Positions 48,846 to 59,236 are shown, counted from the stretch's first letter. The stretch is DNA of 64,000 nucleotides from Candidatus Aenigmatarchaeota archaeon (GCA_043814985.1 JBDRJK010000001.1:1-64000), one strand, 5' to 3'. A program made the numbers and translations. Notes: generated by a model not told the origin, from the letters alone.

Positions 48846-48977
48846 ATTCAAGTTATCTGCGATCGTTGCAAAAAGTCAGTCAAGGAAGTAGGAAGGCTTA
48901 CCAATGTCAAGTGGAAGGGCGTCAACCAGAAGATATGCAAGTTCTGCAGAAGGAACCTGAAGATAAGGGTCAGATAA
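48846..48977 (+). CDS. 43-aa Zn-ribbon microprotein, probable ATT start
   Basis: IQVICDRCKKSVKEVGRLTNVKWKGVNQKICKFCRRNLKIRVR; AGGTG SD 5 nt upstream. Confidence 0.65.
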   Translation: MQVICDRCKKSVKEVGRLTNVKWKGVNQKICKFCRRNLKIRVR

Positions 48978-49007
48978 GTATAAAAAATTTTCTTTACCTA
49001 TATCTGT

Positions 49008-49265
49008 ATGAACGCTTGTGCTGTTTCTGAAGAGAAATGGGATCAACTCGGAGAAAAGGTAAAAGAACTTGATCCTTCTTTTAATCCCTGTAATTTTAAT
49101 GGTCCATGTTATGTTCTGCGTGTACCTGAAGATAATCTTGAAAAATACAAGAACTTTCTTATAGAGGAAGCAAAAAAGCTGGGAATTGAAGATTCTATAT
49201 CTATTAAATCTTCAGATGATTTTATGAGAAAGAGGCATTATCAAATCAAAGTGTCTATGAAATAA
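49008..49265 (+). CDS. small hypothetical protein, AT-rich
   Basis: 85-aa ORF with TATAAA about 25 nt upstream. Confidence 0.55.
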   Translation: MNACAVSEEKWDQLGEKVKELDPSFNPCNFNGPCYVLRVPEDNLEKYKNFLIEEAKKLGIEDSISIKSSDDFMRKRHYQIKVSMK

Positions 49266-49886
49266 TCACATCCAGTCGTCTTCCCATTCCTCGAACTCTT
49301 CCTCATTGATGTTTATTCTGGATTTTCTCTTTGATATTATTCTTTCCCCGTACTTCTTTTTCAGATAGAAACCAATGATTAAACCGAAACCTAAGCCAAA
49401 CAGATGAGCTGCATTGGCCACATTAGAAGGAGCGAAGAAGCCTATCAAGTCTCCTGCAGCCCAGACGACAACAGCAGCAGCCATTGGCATGGGAACATAA
49501 CTAATATAGACCCTCATCCCAGGCCTTAACACAGCCAATGTTCCCAGAATACCCATTATGGCTCCTGAGGCCCCTAGTGAAGCCTCGTAGAATGGGATAG
49601 TGCCCAAACCTGCTATTATTCCTGCGAGAAAATAAAGGACAAGGAACTTCTTTCCTCCTATTATCCTTTCTAGAATGGAACCGAACAAAGCAAGAGCAAA
49701 CATGTTATAGAACAGGTGCTCAATGCTCCCGTGGAGGAAAATGCTGGTTACTAAAATCCAGGGCCTTGAGAATACATCTGAAGATTCTAAAAGATACTGG
49801 TCTGTTATTGCCTCATTACTAATCTGCAGGACAAAAACAGCTACGCATATTATCACAAGTGTTATTGCAAACCAATTAAATCTCAT
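49266..49886 (-). CDS. rhomboid intramembrane serine protease
   Basis: HLFYNM, GASG and AHLFG motifs. Confidence 0.93.
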   Translation of the reverse strand: MRFNWFAITLVIICVAVFVLQISNEAITDQYLLESSDVFSRPWILVTSIFLHGSIEHLFYNMFALALFGSILERIIGGKKFLVLYFLAGIIAGLGTIPFYEASLGASGAIMGILGTLAVLRPGMRVYISYVPMPMAAAVVVWAAGDLIGFFAPSNVANAAHLFGLGFGLIIGFYLKKKYGERIISKRKSRININEEEFEEWEDDWM

Positions 49887-49887
49887 A

Positions 49888-50673
49888 TTAGGTACCTGTT
49901 GAGCTATAATTCTTTATGCCGTATTTCCAAAACGAATAGGCTATGAAAAACATCATCAAGCCTACTAGGGGAGTGAGAAACGATATGAAACTTACTGTTG
50001 TTTTTTGAAGAAAGTACTGTGATGGATAATAGTTAATGAAACCGAAAGGTATCACAAATGTCAAAAAGAAATTTATTACAGGATTGTATATCTCAAGGGG
50101 GTAATCTGTAAATTTAGTCAAAGGCCATAATAGCTCTGAAATTGCACTTGATCTGGTCACCCAAAACGAAGTTGTAGATATAATCAAATTGAATGAAAAG
50201 AATATCAGAACACCTCCTGTTATAGTAAGTATCAAGAATAATATGTTAGGAATTGTCCATGCTATTGAGAGAGCACTTGAAGAATACCAGAGTATCATTA
50301 TACCGGCTATCATATCGCCTATACCATCGTCATCTATATTTCCCATTAGAAGGAATAGTAGGGTGTTGACTGGTCTTAATAGGAACATGTCAAATTTACC
50401 ATCTCTTATATGCCTTTCCACCCTATGGGCAGATGCCCCTACTAGGAAAACATGCCATATACTGATGGAAAAGTATGATATACCTATAAGGAAAAGCATC
50501 TGCTCAAAGGTCCAACCGTTTATGGTAGGTATGTTCTGGAATATTATCCAAAAAAATGTTACTGATAAAAGATTAGTCAAAAATATTGCTATTATGCCTA
50601 TGAAAAAGTCTGCCCTATACTCTGCCATTCTCTTAATATTCATCTTCAATAGCTGTTTCCATAGTCTTAGCAT
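49888..50673 (-). CDS. ABC-2 type permease (DUF990-like)
   Basis: GKFDMFLLRPVN, YPLEIY and YSSTGT motifs. Confidence 0.88.
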   Translation of the reverse strand: MLRLWKQLLKMNIKRMAEYRADFFIGIIAIFLTNLLSVTFFWIIFQNIPTINGWTFEQMLFLIGISYFSISIWHVFLVGASAHRVERHIRDGKFDMFLLRPVNTLLFLLMGNIDDDGIGDMIAGIMILWYSSSALSIAWTIPNILFLILTITGGVLIFFSFNLIISTTSFWVTRSSAISELLWPLTKFTDYPLEIYNPVINFFLTFVIPFGFINYYPSQYFLQKTTVSFISFLTPLVGLMMFFIAYSFWKYGIKNYSSTGT

Positions 50674-51462
50674 CTAACCACCATGAACAATTACCTTTCT
50701 CTCCGCTTTCTTCCAAACCAGATAGCAAATGGAACCTAACAATGCTATCCAAAACAATTGAACACCGATAGAGTATAAAATATCAAAATCGGCTATCTTC
50801 CCCAAATATATTGAAATTGGTATGTGGAATAATGTCTGGAATGGCAAGAAACTAGTTATGTTTGAGAGCCACTGGGGAAAAAAATAAAGAGGTATCAATG
50901 CACCTGACAATATCTCTGCTATTATTTGCCTTGAGAGTCTAAGACCCCAGACTCTTCCAGAGGACCAAAAGACCCACATGCCAGTAAGGAAAGCCAACAA
51001 ATAATCAACAAAGAAACCCAGCACAACACTCAACGCAAAGGCAAGGGGATTCACTGGCAAAGATATGTTTAGTATAAGGATTGAGACCAAAAAAATCGGC
51101 ATTGAATTCGTCAAGGCATTCATCAAAACATTGCTGAACCCCTTTAAGCTCCTGAAGATAGGATAGCTTATTGGCTTTGTCATATCAGTACATATTGCTC
51201 CTGATATCACATCATCCTGAAATATGTATTCTATGTCTGAAAATGTCAGTGGCCTCAGGCACGATGATATCACAAGGTAAGTCAACATCACTGGAAGAGT
51301 AAAGCCGTTTATAGAATCCACGCCAGAAGCAGCAAAGATGGAATTCCAAACAAACCAAAGCACTATTAAGTTAAGGATGGCGCCGAAAAGGCTTGCAAAA
51401 AAACGAATTCTGTAGGCAAATCTCTCCCTAAGGCCAATAGAAATCACATGCAAATATCTCAT
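50674..51462 (-). CDS. ABC-2 type permease (DUF990-like)
   Basis: LSGALIPLYFFP, LPFQ and C-terminal VHGG motifs. Confidence 0.88.
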   Translation of the reverse strand: MRYLHVISIGLRERFAYRIRFFASLFGAILNLIVLWFVWNSIFAASGVDSINGFTLPVMLTYLVISSCLRPLTFSDIEYIFQDDVISGAICTDMTKPISYPIFRSLKGFSNVLMNALTNSMPIFLVSILILNISLPVNPLAFALSVVLGFFVDYLLAFLTGMWVFWSSGRVWGLRLSRQIIAEILSGALIPLYFFPQWLSNITSFLPFQTLFHIPISIYLGKIADFDILYSIGVQLFWIALLGSICYLVWKKAERKVIVHGG

Positions 51463-52439
51463 ATGCCTTCACAATAAATTTTTCTGATAATGTCCTCTAT
51501 TTTGGGCTCTTCTATGGAAATGTCATATATAGGCCATTTCGAAAGTATTTTCGTTATTACACCAGAAACAGAAGTTTTCTTAGTATCTATACCTAGGAAC
51601 ACCTTGTCAGCTTCAGAGTCAAGAAATCTGACGCCCTTCCACTTTAGGTCTTTCTTGCTGACATCTTTCTTAAAGTCTACAATCAATACCCTTTCTGTTC
51701 CAAACCTCTTTTTTATATCATCAACCAGACCGTCATAAATCTTCTTGCCCTTGTCTATGATCACTATCCTCTCACACAACTCTTCAATATCTCCCATGTC
51801 ATGGGTCGTTATTATTATTGTTACCTTTCTTTCCTTGTTTATCTTTGTTAGAAACTCCCTAGTCTTCTGCTTAGCAACAATATCCAAACCTATTGTAGGC
51901 TCGTCCAAGAAAACAATTTCCGGATCATGGAGCAAGCTTGCTGCGATATCACATCTGACCCTTTCACCTAGGGAAAGCTTTCTGACAGGCTTTTTCATAT
52001 ATTTGTCTATTTCCAATATTGAAGAGAACATTTCCAGATTTTCTCTGAACCTGTATTCAGGTATCTTATACAGATGTTTCAGCAAATCAAAGGAATCTTT
52101 TACCATCAGATCCCACCAGAGCTGTGTTCTCCATCCAAAAACAACACCAATGTTCTTTGCATTCTCCTTTCTATTCTCATAGGGTTTCAAACCAAGTACT
52201 TTAGAATAGCCTGATGTTGGAGTGAGTATACCTGTGAGTATCTTTATCATTGTTGACTTTCCAGCGCCGTTTGGACCAATGACACCAACAAATTCTCCCC
52301 TCTCTATCTTGAGATTTACCCTGTTCAGAGCCTTTACTTTCTTATAGTCCCTGCTAAACAAATCCCTGAAAAATGATTTTCTTTGCAAATCTTTGAATTC
52401 CTTGCTAAGATTTTTTGCTTCTATAACAGTTTTTGACAT
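51459..52439 (-). CDS. ABC transporter ATP-binding subunit
   Basis: GPNGAGKST, LSLGE and FLDEPTIGLD motifs. Confidence 0.93.
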   Translation of the reverse strand: MSKTVIEAKNLSKEFKDLQRKSFFRDLFSRDYKKVKALNRVNLKIERGEFVGVIGPNGAGKSTMIKILTGILTPTSGYSKVLGLKPYENRKENAKNIGVVFGWRTQLWWDLMVKDSFDLLKHLYKIPEYRFRENLEMFSSILEIDKYMKKPVRKLSLGERVRCDIAASLLHDPEIVFLDEPTIGLDIVAKQKTREFLTKINKERKVTIIITTHDMGDIEELCERIVIIDKGKKIYDGLVDDIKKRFGTERVLIVDFKKDVSKKDLKWKGVRFLDSEADKVFLGIDTKKTSVSGVITKILSKWPIYDISIEEPKIEDIIRKIYCEGI

Positions 52440-52505
52440 TAACTCACCACAAAAAGTAAATAGAATTTGACTAAATTTAAATAAGTTACTATCGAAATTT
52501 TAGTT

Positions 52506-52619
52506 ATGGGACTTGTTTGCAACAGATGTAAATCAGAGAATCTGCACTATAGAAAAGGTTCTTCCATAAAATGCGATCAGATGATACTTGTTTGTATGGA
52601 CTGTGGGTTTGAGTTCTAA
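52506..52619 (+). CDS. 37-aa Zn-ribbon microprotein
   Basis: MGLVCNRCKSENLHYRKGSSIKCDQMILVCMDCGFEF; TTTAAATA box about 25 nt upstream. Confidence 0.65.
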   Translation: MGLVCNRCKSENLHYRKGSSIKCDQMILVCMDCGFEF

Positions 52620-52622
52620 AAA

Positions 52623-54092
52623 TTATTTGAACTTTTCGGAAATAATCTTCGCTAAGTCATCTATCTTGACCCTTTCCTGCTCTGCCGTGTCCCTATATCT
52701 TAACGTAACCGTCGAGTCTTTTTCTGTATCAAAATCAATTGTGACTGCAAAGGGCGTACCTGCCTCATCAGACCTAGCATATCTCCTACCAATGGAACCA
52801 GAACCATCATAGAAAACATCAAAATGCTTATCAAGTTCCTTGCAGACAATCTCAGCTTTCTTATCTAAACCATTTTTATTTACCAAGGGGAACACTGAAA
52901 CTGTTATTGGTGCCACATGGGCAGGCAATTTCAAAACAACCTTTTCGTCCTTTATTGAATAGGACAAATCCAACAATGAATATAATATCCTGTCAACACC
53001 GAAAGAGAGTTCCAATACGTGGGGTATAAATTTCTTGTTGTCAAAGAACACTTCCTGCTTCTGCTTTGACACTTTCTGATGACCTAGAAGATCGTGGTCA
53101 GACCTGTAATGAACACCACCTACCTCCTTGAAACCACCTAAGCTCTCAGTATCCAATTCCATGTCCCAGTGAATCTTATTGTAGAAAGCTCTTTCATCTT
53201 CTGACAACTCTCTGAACCTGAACTTATCTTTTTCAATTCCTAAAACATCAAAAAAGAACTTTTGTACCTTTGCCATGTAACGAACATAAAATTTAGGGAC
53301 TGTCTTTGATAGCTCCTGACAGCTCATCTGAATGCTGGCCTTCTTATCACTCTCTGATACAGGCAAAACTGTTAACTTGTAACTTTTAACATCCTCCCAA
53401 TCCTCGTGCTCATCAATCTTCTCAGGATCGAAAAATATCTGCAACTCAGCCTGCGTGAACTCCCTCATCCTTATAGTTAACTGCCTGGGGGATATTTCGT
53501 TCCTAAATGATTTGCCAACAATAGCCAGACCCAAAGGAATCCTTTTCCTCAGGGCTGTAAATTGGTTAGAAAAATTAACATAAGCGCCCTGAGCAGTCTC
53601 AGGTCTAAGGTAACCTTTTGCATTCTTTTCTGCACCGACCTCCATTGAGAACATCATATTGAGTATTCCAGATTCTCCCAATTTTCCCTTACATTTAGGA
53701 CATTTGATGTTGTTTTCTATTATCAATTTTGTCAGTTTTTCTGGAGTCATGCCCTCGAATGTTCTTCCCAAAAATGACTCTAGAATATGATCCGCCCTAT
53801 GCGACGTATTGCACTTGGTGCACTTTGCAACAGGGTCAACAAAACCTTTCAAGTGACCAGAAGCCTCGAAAACCTTTTCAGACATTATAAGAGGCGGGTC
53901 AATCTCGTAAAAGTTATCCTCGTTCAAGAAATATTTTCTCCATATATTTTCAAGCTTCCTCTTCATCAATGTTCCCATATGACCATAGGTATAGAAGCCA
54001 GCAAAGCCTCCGTAAATCTCGTCAGACTGGTAGAAGAATGCCTTCTTCTTTGCCAACAACTCAATAGTCTCTATATCAGCCATACAAATCAT
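52623..54092 (-). CDS. glyS: glycyl-tRNA synthetase (homodimeric type)
   Basis: LRPETAQG, FRNEISPRQ, ELSFGVDR and SIGRRYAR motifs; start may be 54083. Confidence 0.96.
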   Translation of the reverse strand: MICMADIETIELLAKKKAFFYQSDEIYGGFAGFYTYGHMGTLMKRKLENIWRKYFLNEDNFYEIDPPLIMSEKVFEASGHLKGFVDPVAKCTKCNTSHRADHILESFLGRTFEGMTPEKLTKLIIENNIKCPKCKGKLGESGILNMMFSMEVGAEKNAKGYLRPETAQGAYVNFSNQFTALRKRIPLGLAIVGKSFRNEISPRQLTIRMREFTQAELQIFFDPEKIDEHEDWEDVKSYKLTVLPVSESDKKASIQMSCQELSKTVPKFYVRYMAKVQKFFFDVLGIEKDKFRFRELSEDERAFYNKIHWDMELDTESLGGFKEVGGVHYRSDHDLLGHQKVSKQKQEVFFDNKKFIPHVLELSFGVDRILYSLLDLSYSIKDEKVVLKLPAHVAPITVSVFPLVNKNGLDKKAEIVCKELDKHFDVFYDGSGSIGRRYARSDEAGTPFAVTIDFDTEKDSTVTLRYRDTAEQERVKIDDLAKIISEKFK

Positions 54093-54134
54093 TTGTCACT
54101 TTGATTTATATGTATATTTAGAAAAAAGTATTTA

Positions 54135-54734
54135 TTATTCTTCTGCTAAGAGCCTCAATCCAATCATGTCCTTAGAAAGCGGTGGAGTCATGCAAGCAGC
54201 ATAGATATCTCCTCCGTTCTCATAGTTTTTTGTTCTAACAACAGCCGCCCTGTCATACTTATCCCTGTTAAGACCAAGCCATTGAATGTTCTCCCTAAAG
54301 TCTTCAAACAGATTATAAATAACAAAACCTATTCCTGATGACGGATGTGATGGAATAAAGAATTCATACTCTCTGGGCATGTCAACTTTTCTCACTTCTG
54401 GATTTATCATCATAAAACTACCGTCCACGTATTCGGCCTTCCATTCAGGAGGTGAGGAAAGAACAGTTTCCTTGTATTTGTCATCCAATCTCTTGAAGGC
54501 CATATAGTCTTCTTCAAGGCTTGGTAGTCTTACCTTGATTCCATTGCTTAGCTCTCTTGTCAGCAATTGGGCCTCCGGGAAACTAACGCAACTGACATAA
54601 TTTCCATTGGAATATCTGAGCTTGTCCGGGGCAATACGCCCGGACAAACCCTTCACTTCCAGGAAGCTTTCTGTTTTCAACGGCTCTATTCTTGACAATA
54701 GTTCTTCAAGCCTGCTCTTTCTCCTAAGGAACAT
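54135..54734 (-). CDS. hypothetical protein
   Basis: 199-aa ORF. Confidence 0.6.
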   Translation of the reverse strand: MFLRRKSRLEELLSRIEPLKTESFLEVKGLSGRIAPDKLRYSNGNYVSCVSFPEAQLLTRELSNGIKVRLPSLEEDYMAFKRLDDKYKETVLSSPPEWKAEYVDGSFMMINPEVRKVDMPREYEFFIPSHPSSGIGFVIYNLFEDFRENIQWLGLNRDKYDRAAVVRTKNYENGGDIYAACMTPPLSKDMIGLRLLAEE

Positions 54735-54820
54735 GAGAATAATAGAAATCAGGGGAACATCTATTTTGTTTCCTACTCAGGGTGGTAAACCAATAAATAA
54801 ATTACAGCCGAATATCTATT

Positions 54821-55633
54821 ATGAGTCTTTTCACTAACCCTGCTATTCTGGAACAGACCTTCCTGCCTAAGCTGCTGCCGCACAGGGAGGAGCAGCACAA
54901 GTACATAGCAGAGTGCATAAAGCCGTTGTTCGAGAGGAGAAATGGCACTAATTTAATCATAACAGGCACGCCCGGAATAGGCAAGACAGCCTGCGTCAAA
55001 TACGTATTCAGGATGCTCGTTGAAGAGACAGACAATATAATGCCCATCTATGTTAACTGCTGGAAGAGGGACACTAGTCCTAAGATAATAAACGAGATTG
55101 CAAAGAAGATGGACCTGAAGCTGATTGACAGGATGTCCTCAGACGAAATATTCGACAGGCTCATAGAAAAGTTCAGCAAGTATGACGGCGTTGTTTTCGC
55201 CTTTGACGAGCTGGACAAGGTAAAGGACTTTGATTTTCTTTACAGGATTCTGGAGGATGTCCCATACAAGACCATATTCCTCATAACCAACATAAGCGAT
55301 ATAGTTACTAAAATGGACAGGAGATTGTTATCAAGATTATTATTGGAAAGAAATGATTTTAAGCCTTACAAATTCGAAGAGACCAAAGAAATTCTATATG
55401 AGAGGCAGAAGCACGCCTTCTCTCCTGGCTCTTGGGACTATGACGCATTCGAAATGGTAATAAGGAAGACCTATAACGTAAAGGACATAAGGACCGGACT
55501 GTTCTTGATGAAAAGCACTGGAGAGATTGCCACCAAGAGGAACGCGCCCAAGATAGGGGTGGAGGACGTAAACAAGGCATTGGAAAAGCTTAAGGACTTC
55601 TACAGCAAGACTGAAATAGGAAAGTTCGTATAA
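54821..55633 (+). CDS. Cdc6/Orc1-like AAA+ protein without winged-helix domain
   Basis: FLPKLLPHREEQ, GTPGIGKT, YVNC, FDELD, FKPY and DIR motifs; ends at 270 aa. Confidence 0.85.
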   Translation: MSLFTNPAILEQTFLPKLLPHREEQHKYIAECIKPLFERRNGTNLIITGTPGIGKTACVKYVFRMLVEETDNIMPIYVNCWKRDTSPKIINEIAKKMDLKLIDRMSSDEIFDRLIEKFSKYDGVVFAFDELDKVKDFDFLYRILEDVPYKTIFLITNISDIVTKMDRRLLSRLLLERNDFKPYKFEETKEILYERQKHAFSPGSWDYDAFEMVIRKTYNVKDIRTGLFLMKSTGEIATKRNAPKIGVEDVNKALEKLKDFYSKTEIGKFV

Positions 55634-55653
55634 TTTTCTTTTTAAAGAGGTAA

Positions 55654-56670
55654 GTGAAAATGAAGCCTAAAACAAAAGATTTGATTGATTTTGAGAAGAA
55701 GGTTTTTAATATAGAGAACGAATCCAGACCGAGAGGGGCTTGGTGGTGGTGGTTCTGGCTGTTCTTTTTCAACAATCCTAAAAATCCTGGAAAGCCGAGG
55801 CAGCTAATGATTCTATGGTCAACCAAGAATGTGAAAGAGATAGAGTGCAACAAGCTGAAGATAAGGCTGAACCGCAATAGTGACAGAAAAAACCTGGACG
55901 GCGCAGTGGCTGTCTGGTACTTTGATGGAGAAAAGATGAACCACAACTTCGTCCTAGAGCAATGCAACCTAAAGCTGTCAGGCAACGAGCTTTCATCTGA
56001 TTCAAAAACACCAACTTCCTTTTCCACAGACAATAACAAGAACATGGTAAAGATAGGAAATGATTTCACTTTCATTGCAGAAAGTAATAAAGGTCATAAG
56101 TTTTCAATGCCAGTTTATCGTTCCAACAATTATCTGGGAAATGTGGGATACTCAATATTGAAAATGAACCGTCTCAGCCTAAGGGGAAAAATAAGGAATG
56201 AACCGATAAGTGGAAGCGCCTACTTCCAGCGAGTTTTCGTTAATGCCCCTTCAGTCCCGTGGTACTGGGGCATATTCCACTTTGAGAACGGCGGCATACT
56301 GACATACTTCAACCCGCATGTGTTTGGGAAGTCAATCAAGAAGGACATATCCTTTTTTGACGGCAGGAGCATGCACAAGTTCGACAACATAAAAGTAAGG
56401 AGATTGGGCAAGTATCTGCCGACTTTTCTTATAACAGGAATCAATGAAAAGGAAAGAATAAGTTTCAAAGTGAAGAGCTATTCTCACTCCTCATGGTCCT
56501 TCAAGAAAAAATCACTGGGTATAATACCCAACAAACTTGTCTACAATGAGTATCCATCTGTTATTTCTGATTTGAAACTGACAAACAACAAGACAGGCAG
56601 AAGTATTCTTTTGAAGAAGCTGGGTAAGTCAGTGGGCAATGCCGAGCACACAACTGGTTTGTTGCTTTAA
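55654..56670 (+). CDS. hypothetical beta-barrel protein (tocopherol cyclase/AttH-like, tentative)
   Basis: WWWWFW, AYFQRV and PWYWG aromatic motifs. Confidence 0.6.
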   Translation: MKMKPKTKDLIDFEKKVFNIENESRPRGAWWWWFWLFFFNNPKNPGKPRQLMILWSTKNVKEIECNKLKIRLNRNSDRKNLDGAVAVWYFDGEKMNHNFVLEQCNLKLSGNELSSDSKTPTSFSTDNNKNMVKIGNDFTFIAESNKGHKFSMPVYRSNNYLGNVGYSILKMNRLSLRGKIRNEPISGSAYFQRVFVNAPSVPWYWGIFHFENGGILTYFNPHVFGKSIKKDISFFDGRSMHKFDNIKVRRLGKYLPTFLITGINEKERISFKVKSYSHSSWSFKKKSLGIIPNKLVYNEYPSVISDLKLTNNKTGRSILLKKLGKSVGNAEHTTGLLL

Positions 56671-56820
56671 GATAATTTTATATATTTTTGACTTCAAATA
56701 ATCCTCTAGGCGATTACATGGGATGGGATTCACTTCAATTTATTTAGAAGATTTGTCTATTTCTAGTAAGCTTAAAAATAAAGCTAGAGTAATTTATCTA
56801 TTAGCTGTAAAGGTGAGTAT

Positions 56821-57906
56821 ATGAAAAATGAAAGAATAGATCCGTGGGGCTCAATCGAAATAAAGGATTATTCAAATGTCTTCAAGGAATTCGGCCTAAA
56901 GCCCTTTCCAGAAGAATACAGAAAGAATCTGAATCATCTAGCCTTTAGAAGAAAAATCGTGATAGCCCACAGGGATTTTGAGAAGGTTTACAATAGGATA
57001 ATGAACAAAAAGCCCTTCATAAACATGACAGGCATAGCTTCCAGCGGATATCTGCACATGGGCCACAAGGCTGTGATAGACCTATTCATATTTTTCAAAA
57101 ATTGCGGAGCCAAAAACCTTTTCGGCATATGTGATATAGACGCCTACACGAGCAGGAAGAAGATTCCCGACTTGAAAACAGCAAAGGAGTTTGCTGTAAG
57201 CAACTTGGCAGATGTCCTAGCATTAGGCCTGACAAAGAATGATGTTTACATACAAAGCAAGAAAGAGCAGAGATATTATGAATTCACTTTCGAGCTTTCT
57301 AAAAAAATCACTGGGGCGACTTTTCAAGCAATTTACGGAACTCTGGACCTGGGAAAGGTTTCAGCAAACCTCCTACAATACGCAGACATCTTGCACGGCC
57401 AACTGAAAGAGTATTGCGGAAAGATGCCATCCATAACTGCAATTGCAATCGAGCAGGACCCTCACATAAGGGCTGTCAGGGATGTTGCCAAAAGGCTTCC
57501 GTATGATATGGAACTGCCGTCCTCAATATACATCACCCATCAACCAGGCCTTAAAGAGGGCATGAAGATGAGCTCTTCAGTGCCTGACACTGCCATTTTC
57601 TTAAGGGACAAGCCAGAAGTAGCCAAAAAGAAAATACTGAACTCATTCACTGGAGGCAAAGACACTGTTGAAGAGCAGAAAAAAACAGGGGGCAATCCCG
57701 ACATATGCAAAGTCTATAATATTTTTAAATTCCACCATCCTGACGATAAACAAGTTGAAGATATTTATAAAAACTGCAAGTCTGGAAGTCTTATGTGTGG
57801 AAATTGCAAAAAGATTTGCATAAAATTCGTTGAAGAATTCTTAAAAGAGCATCAAAAGAAATACAAAAAGTTTGAACCAGTTGCAAGAAAAATGGTATTT
57901 GGTTGA
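56821..57906 (+). CDS. trpS: tryptophanyl-tRNA synthetase
   Basis: IDPWG, HMGH, QYADIL, EQDPH, KMSSS and TGG motifs. Confidence 0.95.
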   Translation: MKNERIDPWGSIEIKDYSNVFKEFGLKPFPEEYRKNLNHLAFRRKIVIAHRDFEKVYNRIMNKKPFINMTGIASSGYLHMGHKAVIDLFIFFKNCGAKNLFGICDIDAYTSRKKIPDLKTAKEFAVSNLADVLALGLTKNDVYIQSKKEQRYYEFTFELSKKITGATFQAIYGTLDLGKVSANLLQYADILHGQLKEYCGKMPSITAIAIEQDPHIRAVRDVAKRLPYDMELPSSIYITHQPGLKEGMKMSSSVPDTAIFLRDKPEVAKKKILNSFTGGKDTVEEQKKTGGNPDICKVYNIFKFHHPDDKQVEDIYKNCKSGSLMCGNCKKICIKFVEEFLKEHQKKYKKFEPVARKMVFG

Positions 57907-57907
57907 T

Positions 57908-59236
57908 ATGTACAAGTTAACACCTGAGGGTCAGGATTATCTAAAGAACGGTTTGCCGGAGAAGCAATTGCTAAAGTCATTAGGAGATGAGAAGCCATTG
58001 GAAGAGGTTTCCAAATCACCAAAATCCGGGATATCAATTGGATGGGCAAGAAGGAATGCATGGATAGAGATTGAGAACAAGAAAGTCAAAATAACTGAAC
58101 TCGGTAAAAAGGCAATTAGTGAGAGAACTGAAATTGAAAAATCATTAGATGATATTGATAAGAATGGAACAACAGATGAAAAACTAACAAAGATTCTATT
58201 GAGCAGAAAACTGATTGCGGAGATGGAAGATACTGTAACCGAAACGGAAACAACAGAAAAAGTTTCTTTTTGGCAGAGACTAATTAATTTCTTCTACAAG
58301 AAAGAAAGACCTGTTATAGAAATAACAAATTCAACAGAAATAGCGCAGCTGACACCACAACTAATCAAAACAGGAGAATGGAAAAACAAGGCCTTCAGGA
58401 AATATGATGTGAATGCTCCTGCTCCCAAAGTCTATGCTGGTAAAAAGCAGCCCTATGTCCAATTCGAAGAAGACATAAGAGACAAGTTAATAGGTTTGGG
58501 GTTCCAGGAAATGAAAGGCCCTCTGGTCGAGACTTCTTTTTGGAACTGCGACGCTTTGTTCATACCGCAGGACCATCCTGCCAAGAGCATGCAAGACATA
58601 TTCTACATGAAAAACCCGAGCACAGGAAGACTGCCTGACGAGAATCTCATTTCAAAGGTCAAGGCAACGCACGAGGGCGGCTGGGTTACTGAAAGTACTG
58701 GATGGGGTGGCCACTGGTCAAAGGAAGAAAGCAAAAAGGTTCTATTAAGATCACACACAACAGCTGTTTCTGCCAGAACACTTTACGAGATTGGTGAAAA
58801 ACCAGGAAAGTATTTTACAATAGATAGGAACTTCAGGCCTGATATCATAGATGCAAGTCATCTAGCAGAATTCTACCAGTGTGAGGGCATAGTTGTTGGT
58901 AAGGACTTGTCATTCAGGAATGTTTTAGGATACTTGAAGGAAATATCGCAGAGCTTGGGCTCAATAGAGGTTAAGTTCAAGCCAGGCTTCTTCCCCTACA
59001 CAGAACCTTCTGTTGAGGGTTTTGTCAAGCACCCCCAGATGGGATGGATAGAAGTATTGCCTGCAGGTTTGTTTAGACCTGAACTATTGAGACCGCTAGG
59101 TATAGAAGACTATCAGGTGCTGGCATGGGGAATCGGGATTAGCAGGCTGGCCATGGCAAAGCTGAACATAACTGACATCAGGATGCTGTTCTCTGATGAT
59201 CTAGAATGGTTAAGGAAAACTCCAATGGTGAAATAG
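57908..59236 (+). CDS. pheS: phenylalanyl-tRNA synthetase alpha subunit
   Basis: start at MYKLTPEG; PQDHPA, RSHTTA, EFYQCEG and FPYTEPS motifs. Confidence 0.96.
   Translation: MYKLTPEGQDYLKNGLPEKQLLKSLGDEKPLEEVSKSPKSGISIGWARRNAWIEIENKKVKITELGKKAISERTEIEKSLDDIDKNGTTDEKLTKILLSRKLIAEMEDTVTETETTEKVSFWQRLINFFYKKERPVIEITNSTEIAQLTPQLIKTGEWKNKAFRKYDVNAPAPKVYAGKKQPYVQFEEDIRDKLIGLGFQEMKGPLVETSFWNCDALFIPQDHPAKSMQDIFYMKNPSTGRLPDENLISKVKATHEGGWVTESTGWGGHWSKEESKKVLLRSHTTAVSARTLYEIGEKPGKYFTIDRNFRPDIIDASHLAEFYQCEGIVVGKDLSFRNVLGYLKEISQSLGSIEVKFKPGFFPYTEPSVEGFVKHPQMGWIEVLPAGLFRPELLRPLGIEDYQVLAWGIGISRLAMAKLNITDIRMLFSDDLEWLRKTPMVK

Noticed and set aside
54735..54820. Replication origin next to the cdc6-like gene
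   Set aside because: The intergenic region is short and no repeated ORB-like boxes were seen
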